A stretch of 11,421 bases of DNA from Candidatus Micrarchaeota archaeon (GTDB lineage: Archaea; Micrarchaeota; Micrarchaeia; Norongarragalinales; SBBD01). This document shows, in pieces, positions 6,132-11,421 of this stretch. The stretch covers positions 1 to 11,421 of the forward strand of contig JAZDGU010000045.1 in NCBI GenBank assembly GCA_043806595.1. The letters are read 5' to 3'. The notes beneath the pieces were generated by a model that searched no databases, had not been told where the DNA came from, and saw only the letters and a list, made by a program, of their open reading frames with translations. Each line of letters opens with the position of its first letter. The first letter of the stretch is position 1. The position numbers and the translations under genes are program-made.

Positions 6132-7268
6132 TCAGGCTGCGACTATCAGAGAGGTTCCCTTCCTCACGCCCTTCGCGCCGACGCTCCTCTTCCTTGTGAC
6201 CACGGCGTGCTCCGGCGTCAGCCTCACGCGCCTCTTGCCGGCCTTGAGCTCCACGATTTTGCCCTTGTAGGGCCTGCGGTTGACGGACAGCACGCGGCTC
6301 TTCACTATCCTCCCGTTCCTGTATCCGAGCGCGAAAATCTTCTCCTTCTTCGGCAGGGCGATTGCCTCGTACCCCTTCTCCCTCCTTTCGATGCGTTCGG
6401 GGTATTTGGAGGCCATCTTCTCCCAAAGCGCCTCCGGCGACTCATACCCGTGCGGGTTGAGCAGGACCCTGCTGTCCGCGGGAAGCGACTGGAACGGGTC
6501 GTGCTTGACGTCGCCCAGCAGCGCGCCGGCACGCGCGCCGGTGGCGTCCACGAACGGCGCGATGGTCTTGCCCGCGTTGTCGACAATCATCTTGGCGCTC
6601 TCGGCTTCGATTAGCCTGCCGCGGCTGAGCTGCATCGCGAACATGAGCGCGGCGCTCATGAGGAACAGCCCGATGAGCATCGCCGCAACGATGACGTTGT
6701 CGAAGTACTTGGGCATGAAGTAGAGCACGACGAACGTCGCGAAGATCATGAACGCGATCATCATCATGTTCGTGTTGCTGCCGGCGAGCCTGCCGCTCAG
6801 CCTCTCCTGCAGTATTATCTTCTTCCCCTCGCCGGCCTTCACCGTCTTGACTTTCGGCTGGTTCTCGTCCTCCTTGTTCACGATTATGAGGATGTCCTCG
6901 AGCTGCTGCACTGTCATGAGCTCGGCCATTGACTGCGCGAGCATGCTCTTGCCAGTTCCCGGCGTTCCGATTAGCAGCACGTTCCGCTTCTGCGCGGAGG
7001 CCTTCTTGATGATTTCTATGCCGCGGTCCTGCCCGATTACCTGGTCAATCAGCCTGTCACTTACCGGAACCTCCGCGGTCGAGCGGATGTCCTCGATGCG
7101 CTTGACGCTCCCCCAGTCGATTTTTCCGGTCTCGGGCTTGTTGTGGTTGGGCTTTCCGGATGCCGCCGCAGGCCTGGCCGCCCGGATGCCCATGCGAGCG
7201 GCCTTCACGGTGCGCGTCCTCGCGGCCCCGCGCCCGGCTGGTTTTGCGTGCAGTCTTGCCTTTCTCAT
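6132..7268 (-). CDS. lonB: N-terminal fragment of archaeal membrane-bound Lon protease (LonB) fused to an N-terminal intein half
   Basis: LIDQVIGQD, Walker A GTPGTGKS, two TM helices and APFVDATGARAGALLGDVKHDPFQ, followed by intein sequence. Walker B and the Ser-Lys protease domain are absent. The ORF-track start (7508) runs through a tRNA, whereas ATG 7268 sits about 30 nt downstream of TTTTTATA (7305-7298). 378 aa = 260 extein + 118 intein. Confidence 0.92.
   Translation of the reverse strand: MRKARLHAKPAGRGAARTRTVKAARMGIRAARPAAASGKPNHNKPETGKIDWGSVKRIEDIRSTAEVPVSDRLIDQVIGQDRGIEIIKKASAQKRNVLLIGTPGTGKSMLAQSMAELMTVQQLEDILIIVNKEDENQPKVKTVKAGEGKKIILQERLSGRLAGSNTNMMMIAFMIFATFVVLYFMPKYFDNVIVAAMLIGLFLMSAALMFAMQLSRGRLIEAESAKMIVDNAGKTIAPFVDATGARAGALLGDVKHDPFQSLPADSRVLLNPHGYESPEALWEKMASKYPERIERREKGYEAIALPKKEKIFALGYRNGRIVKSRVLSVNRRPYKGKIVELKAGKRRVRLTPEHAVVTRKRSVGAKGVRKGTSLIVAA
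6135..6488 (-). mobile_element. Intein N-terminal splicing domain (IntN, 118 aa; blocks A and B only), candidate naturally split intein
   Basis: Starts SLPADSRVLL (block A, Ser1) directly after HDPFQ. It contains RVLSVNRRPYKGKIVELKAG and block B VRLTPEHAVVT (TxxH), and ends at VRKGTSLIV, the usual end of the Hint-N region. There is no endonuclease, block F or HN/block G. Confidence 0.88.
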
Positions 7269-7297
7269 GCCGACCAACTTTGCATACTCATGCCGCG

Positions 7298-7305
7298 TAT
7301 AAAAA
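7298..7305 (-). promoter_or_regulatory. TATA box of lonB-N, possibly doubling as the tRNA-Gly T-rich terminator
   Basis: TTTTTATA on the minus strand, 3 nt after the tRNA discriminator and about 30 nt before ATG 7268. Confidence 0.55.
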
Positions 7306-7308
7306 TCA

Positions 7309-7416
7309 TGCGGCCGCCGGGATTTTCGGGATTGCGCGTTTTTTTTTCGCTTGAATCCTATCGGACCCGGATCAAAGGCTTGGGAAGCCCTTATCATGCC
7401 ACTAGACCACGGCCGC
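7309..7416 (-). tRNA. tRNA-Gly(CCC) with a 37-nt intron in the T-loop (59/60)
   Basis: Acceptor GCGGCCG/CGGCCGC plus A, D-arm GTCTAGTGGCATGAT, anticodon arm AGGGC-TT CCC AA-GCCTT and T-stem CCGGG/CCCGG interrupted by an insertion. The spliced length is 71 nt. Confidence 0.92.
7323..7359 (-). other. Archaeal tRNA intron with bulge-helix-bulge motif
   Basis: CCGGG TCCG AT^A GGATT-CAAGCG-A9-CGCGC-AATCC CGAA AA^T CCCGG: outer helix is the T-stem, central helix TCCG/CGAA (one C.A mismatch), two 3-nt bulges and inner helix GGATT/AATCC. Confidence 0.85.
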
Positions 7417-7440
7417 GCGGAATGGCTTTTATGCGGTAAC

Positions 7441-7450
7441 GTTTTTATAC
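7441..7450. promoter_or_regulatory. Candidate bidirectional TATA box (tRNA-Gly / surface protein)
   Basis: GTTTTTATAC reads TTTTTATA on + (about 42 nt before ATG 7491) and TATAAAAA on - (about 26-33 nt before the tRNA 5' end). Confidence 0.5.
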
Positions 7451-7490
7451 CGAGCGAGGTTCTACTTATTGGCTCTTGGCCGAGTTGAGA

Positions 7491-10400
7491 ATGGTGGAAT
7501 TGTCGCAACGGCTTTTCGGGTTCGCCATATTATTCGTCATAATGGCTTCCTCGGCTGGCGCTTGGTCACAGTATTATGGCGCCAAGGAACGCAACCCGAG
7601 CGTCAACCTTGCGGGAATTCTTGACGTGGACGCCCTCCGTTGGCAGAGAAACGGCGTATACGGCTGGTCCTACATTTCAGACGCAGGCGGCAATTACTTC
7701 TACGGCTCCGGCGGCTTTTGCCCCGGCGGCGGCGTTTGCCACGTGAATTACAAAAAATACGACCGAGCCTGCGGAAACCTGGTATGGCAGGTCCAGCCCG
7801 GAAACGGCGTCTACAACGTGCACGACAACGGAAAAGAAATCGTCGCAATTGGCGACCGCGTCTATGCGCTCATGGAGGGCCAGTATCCGAGCAAATACTA
7901 TCTTTTCGAGATGCGCGCCAGCGACGGTTCGGTGGTCGCGTGGTACGAGATAGCCGACGTCATCAATACTGCGGGGGACTGGCACCTCGTGACGGACGGC
8001 ACGCGGGTCTATGCGTTTGCGAACATCGACTACGATCTGACTACGGTGAAGGCGTTCAACCATAACACGAAAAACATCGATTGGACTAGGACCTTCAATA
8101 CTGAAGACGTCGACAAGGGCAGGGTTTTCGCCAAGCCGGTCATTTCCGGGAACCAGCTGCTTTTCATCATTTCCTATTACCACCAATTCCCGTACGACGG
8201 CCCGACGACGCTTTACTCCGTGAACAAGGATACCGGCGCCACGCTCTGGACGCGCCAGCTGCACGACCCGAACGACCGCAACTACGTCACGCACATGCTC
8301 GCCTACAACAACCGGCTTTTCGTCGCAAGGAAGAAGGCGATTGCCCCCTATTGGGAGAAGGTCGCCGCCTATGACTTATCCAATTCGGGAAACCCGCTGT
8401 GGGGCCCGTTTGACAACCGGGGATTGAGATTCGCCGCAGACACGGTAGGGGGCTCGGACGTGTTGTACACTTTCGGGGACGGGAAGGTCCGCAGACTCAA
8501 CGCAAACTCGGGCGCAATCGTCTGGGAGAATTCCGAGCCCGAGTGCGTCGGCCCCATGACCCTCGTGAACGGCGTGGACGAACTGTTGTGCATCCAGGCA
8601 GACGGCTCCAATCAGTTCAACGTGGCAAGGATTTCCACAGCCGACGGGCATGTCATCGACACTTCCCCCAGCTACACCAGAAGCGCCAACTACCCGTACA
8701 TCAACGAGGTTGCTGTCTTGGAGGACGGGTTCCTCGTCGTTTCCACATCAGCCGGAGTCTTGTCCTTAGGTGGAAGTCCTCCTACGCTGGATTCGATCAC
8801 GTTGTCGCCAGCCTCCGCCTCGGTTCCAGTATACGGCACGCAGCAGTTCACTGCAACATGCAGGAATTCGTGCGGGGACACGGTATCCTGCCCCGCGCTG
8901 GCTTGGACGGTTTCCCCGGCGGGTTTGGGAACCGTCACGAACAACGGCTTGTTCACCGCGGGAGCGTCTCCGGGCGGCCCGGGCACGGTCACTGCGTCCG
9001 CTCTGGGCAAGTCCGGCACCGCCTCGATTACCGTCACCGGCCTCGCCGACTGCGCCGTCTGCCAGCAGGACTCGAACTGCGTATCGGGCAAATGCAGGGC
9101 GACGTTGGAAGATCCGGCAGTCAAGCGCTGCGTGCCTTCTGGCCAGAGTTGCGTTCTCAACCTCGGAGCCAACTGCGGCAAGGCCACCGGATGGAAGCAG
9201 TGCAGCGGGAACAACGGCTATTACACCTGTCAGGCTTCCGGCGTCTGGAGCGGCATTGCCAACTGTGACACGACTTCCGACTACCAGGGCTGCACTCCCC
9301 CTCCGAACTTCGTTCCCGTGCGGGCCGACCACCAGTCCCCGCCGAATTACTGCGGGTGGGAGTCGCAGGGCGCTGACTCGTGCGTTTCAGGTTCTGGAGC
9401 AAACGATGGCTGTGTTGCCCCCGCATGGAGCGGTTGCACCAACCCTCCGAGGAAGTGCAATCCCTACGTTACCAACCTCAACTACCTGCAATGCCAGTCC
9501 AACAACGTCAACTTCTGCGACCAGGGCTGCCTCGCGGAATGCGACGAGAACGCGGACTGTGTTTACTCCGACCAGTGCATGTTTAGCCGCGTGTGGCGCG
9601 ACTACAACCCGCAGCAGGGCACGTGCAGCAACCAGTGCGCCTGCCAGGAGCCCCTCTATTCCGACTCCTGCAGGCAGGGCTGCGGCGCCCAGTGCGACGG
9701 CAACGAGGACTGCAACATCTACAACGACGGCTGCCTGCAGGGAACCTTCCTTTTCCGCGATTACAGCACTAGCCAGGGCACGTGCAATACCGACCCATCT
9801 TCTTGTGCCTGCGTGCCCCCGAACTACCAGGACTTGTGCCTCCCCGGCCAGTGCGGTGCGACGTGCGACGAGAATTCCGACTGCAACGCGTTTCCCAACG
9901 GCCAGTGCATCGGCTGCGGATGCCAGTACCCGCCCCGCGTCGAGGCCAACGGAGACTACGCCGGCTTCGCCGGCATCGCGTTCGATATCCTGGGCGACGC
10001 GTGGGACGACGGCAGCATAATATTCATGGAGTGGGTGAAGCAGGGCGGCCCGCTTGGCAGCACATGCTCGTTCAACGTCAACCTCGGAGGCTCTGCGCAG
10101 CACCGGACGCTGAACGGCCAGGCGTCCTGCAACATGGTTGGCGGTTACGTGCTCAGGCTTAGTGCGCGCGACAACCGGAACCTGTGGGGAGAGGACGATG
10201 CCAACGCCCAACTGCAACTCGGAGGCTGGGGCACGGTCTCAATTGAACCCGCGCCTTTCGACTATTACGCGGACAACCTTGTCCGGCCGCAAACTTTCAA
10301 CGCGGTATGCAGGGACTTGGGCGGCGTGCCAATGAACTGCCCTGAAGATCCGGTATGGACCCTGACCGGCTTCGGGGCGGGAACTGCCGCGAGCATCACC

Positions 10401-11192
10401 CCCCAAGGCGACCCGATTTTTGCCCGCTTCTCGCACCAGAGCGCGGACATCAATACAGCAGACGGAATCATTCACGCGGCCGTGCAAGGCATCGAAGGCA
10501 CTTTGGGCATCGACGCGAGGATTTACGACGTCCGCGTCCAGCCTTCCTCGGCGGGCATGGCCTACGGCGAGACGGAGACGTTTACTGCCACGTGCTGGAT
10601 TGACCCCTTGCAGTTGAACCCGTGCCCCGGAAACATCGACTGGAGCCTTGAAGGAGGCCTGCAGGGATTGGGCATTTTGTTTCCAAACGGCGCTTCCGCC
10701 GACTACACCGCGCCGTTTCAGGCCGCTAGCGGTTCGATTCGGGCTTCGGTAGGGATTCTGTTTGGCGACGCGCAGGTGTCTGTGAGCGAGACCGGCGTCG
10801 TCACGCCTCCTCCAGCCGGCCCGCCGGCGGTGCAGAAGGCGAGCATCATCTTCCTTTCCTGCCCGCGCCTGACCTACGCGAACGAGACGAACATAACGCT
10901 CCAGTGCCTCAACCAGAGCCTGCCTTGCGATACCGCGGGCATCATGCTCACCGGCGCGCCGAATGATTTCTACGGCTTCGTCGGCACTGGCGGCTTCGTC
11001 TACTCCGTGGAGACGGTGCTGGACGGCGAGTACCATCTGGTGGCGTATGCGGAGGGCGTCGGCTCGGCGTCGTGCACGATGAACCGCGTGTGCTTGAAGG
11101 AGGTCTCCGCTCCGGACGTCTCTCCCCTGCTTGCGGTGCTGCTGGCCCCGTTGGCACTACTGCTCGCTAGGAAGCTGAAGCGGAATGGGTAG
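7491..11192 (+). CDS. Large secreted cell-surface protein: signal peptide, PQQ-like beta-propeller, Ig-like (Big_2) domain, Cys-rich repeats, PKD/Ig-like domains and C-terminal TM sorting signal
   Basis: Signal peptide MVELSQRLFGFAILFVIMASSAGA|W. Propeller blades with G..vW motifs (ACGNLVW, SDGSVVAW, DTGATLW, NSGNPLW, NSGAIVW). SITLSP.SASV...GTQQFTAT...WTVSP..GTV..NGLFTA is Big_2-like, and PPRVEANGDY...DDGSI..MEW is PKD-like. The C-terminus is APDVSPLLAVLLAPLALLLARKLKRNG. Confidence 0.88.
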   Translation: MVELSQRLFGFAILFVIMASSAGAWSQYYGAKERNPSVNLAGILDVDALRWQRNGVYGWSYISDAGGNYFYGSGGFCPGGGVCHVNYKKYDRACGNLVWQVQPGNGVYNVHDNGKEIVAIGDRVYALMEGQYPSKYYLFEMRASDGSVVAWYEIADVINTAGDWHLVTDGTRVYAFANIDYDLTTVKAFNHNTKNIDWTRTFNTEDVDKGRVFAKPVISGNQLLFIISYYHQFPYDGPTTLYSVNKDTGATLWTRQLHDPNDRNYVTHMLAYNNRLFVARKKAIAPYWEKVAAYDLSNSGNPLWGPFDNRGLRFAADTVGGSDVLYTFGDGKVRRLNANSGAIVWENSEPECVGPMTLVNGVDELLCIQADGSNQFNVARISTADGHVIDTSPSYTRSANYPYINEVAVLEDGFLVVSTSAGVLSLGGSPPTLDSITLSPASASVPVYGTQQFTATCRNSCGDTVSCPALAWTVSPAGLGTVTNNGLFTAGASPGGPGTVTASALGKSGTASITVTGLADCAVCQQDSNCVSGKCRATLEDPAVKRCVPSGQSCVLNLGANCGKATGWKQCSGNNGYYTCQASGVWSGIANCDTTSDYQGCTPPPNFVPVRADHQSPPNYCGWESQGADSCVSGSGANDGCVAPAWSGCTNPPRKCNPYVTNLNYLQCQSNNVNFCDQGCLAECDENADCVYSDQCMFSRVWRDYNPQQGTCSNQCACQEPLYSDSCRQGCGAQCDGNEDCNIYNDGCLQGTFLFRDYSTSQGTCNTDPSSCACVPPNYQDLCLPGQCGATCDENSDCNAFPNGQCIGCGCQYPPRVEANGDYAGFAGIAFDILGDAWDDGSIIFMEWVKQGGPLGSTCSFNVNLGGSAQHRTLNGQASCNMVGGYVLRLSARDNRNLWGEDDANAQLQLGGWGTVSIEPAPFDYYADNLVRPQTFNAVCRDLGGVPMNCPEDPVWTLTGFGAGTAASITPQGDPIFARFSHQSADINTADGIIHAAVQGIEGTLGIDARIYDVRVQPSSAGMAYGETETFTATCWIDPLQLNPCPGNIDWSLEGGLQGLGILFPNGASADYTAPFQAASGSIRASVGILFGDAQVSVSETGVVTPPPAGPPAVQKASIIFLSCPRLTYANETNITLQCLNQSLPCDTAGIMLTGAPNDFYGFVGTGGFVYSVETVLDGEYHLVAYAEGVGSASCTMNRVCLKEVSAPDVSPLLAVLLAPLALLLARKLKRNG
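9516..9884 (+). repeat. Intragenic Cys-rich tandem repeat (units of 51 and 56 aa plus a partial third)
   Basis: Units start at 9516, 9669 and 9837: CDQGCLAECDENADC..DQC....RDY..QQGTC..CAC / CRQGCGAQCDGNEDC..DGC....RDY..SQGTC..CAC / CLPGQCGATCDENSDC. Confidence 0.85.
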
Positions 11193-11233
11193 CGGCCAAG
11201 GGCCGCAGGGGAGGTAGGACGGAGGGGGATACG

Positions 11234-11241
11234 TTTTTAAA
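11234..11241 (+). promoter_or_regulatory. Putative TATA box for the PRC-barrel gene
   Basis: TTTTTAAA lies upstream of SD AGGTGG (11283-11288) and ATG 11294. Confidence 0.55.
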
Positions 11242-11293
11242 TCTGATTTGATTGAAGCCATACCGTAAACGCTTGCATCCGTAGGTGGTATCG

Positions 11294-11421
11294 ATGGCAG
11301 TCAAGCTCTCCCAGCTAATGGGAATGGACATTTACACCGACAACGCCCAGTATGTCGGCAAGGTCTTCGACGTTATCCTCGACCTGCAGAAGGGTGAAAT
11401 CGCCCGACTCACGCTCGAGCC
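11294..11421 (+). CDS. PRC-barrel domain protein (partial, runs off the window; not in the ORF track)
   Basis: My translation is MAVKLSQLMGMDIYTDNAQYVGKVFDVILDLQKGEIARLTLE..., which matches the PRC-barrel pattern LS.L.G..VY...G..VG.V.DV.hD...G.I. A good SD precedes it. Confidence 0.85.
   Translation, partial: MAVKLSQLMGMDIYTDNAQYVGKVFDVILDLQKGEIARLTLE

Noticed and set aside
5938..6426. 162-aa minus-strand ORF as a frameshifted continuation (IntC/LonC) of lonB
   Set aside because: It has no intein block F/G (HN), no SGG and no Walker B. It overlaps the IntN frame and lies antisense to aIF5A, so it is a shadow ORF.
7269..7508. N-terminal 80 codons of the ORF-track Lon call (6132..7508)
   Set aside because: They overlap the tRNA-Gly gene, the promoter spacer and the start of the opposite-strand gene, so this is chance open frame.
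9516..9884. Repeats as a CRISPR array or DGR template/variable pair
   Set aside because: The repeats are degenerate, in frame and conserved at the protein level. There are no identical spacer-separated repeats, no adenine-specific pattern that I could see, and no RT gene in the window.
7309..11192. Surface-protein gene as a tRNA-integrated island
   Set aside because: It lies at the tRNA 5' side, and I saw no integrase or duplicated tRNA 3' end (att site) in the window.

Overview
GC-rich archaeal genomic window, probably a DPANN lineage such as Ca. Micrarchaeota (inferred from gene content and protein style, not from a search). In order it holds tRNA-Phe(GAA), three class III signal-peptide (type IV pilin-like) genes, trpS, a membrane protein with a PH/GRAM-like domain, rps6e, a TadC/FlaJ-like T2SS-F protein, a UbiA/DGGGP-synthase-like prenyltransferase, aIF5A, a truncated LonB gene, an intron-containing tRNA-Gly(CCC), a ~1230-aa Cys-rich surface protein and the start of a PRC-barrel gene. 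The main discovery is that the LonB ORF switches at the known Lon intein site (HDPFQ|) into a 118-aa, Ser1, cysteine-free, strongly basic N-terminal intein half and then stops 3 bp from the convergent aIF5A gene. This points to a naturally split, trans-spliced Lon protease whose C-half lies elsewhere. The second notable feature is a 37-nt bulge-helix-bulge intron at T-loop position 59/60 of tRNA-Gly, in a gene that also encodes C instead of the near-universal U55.
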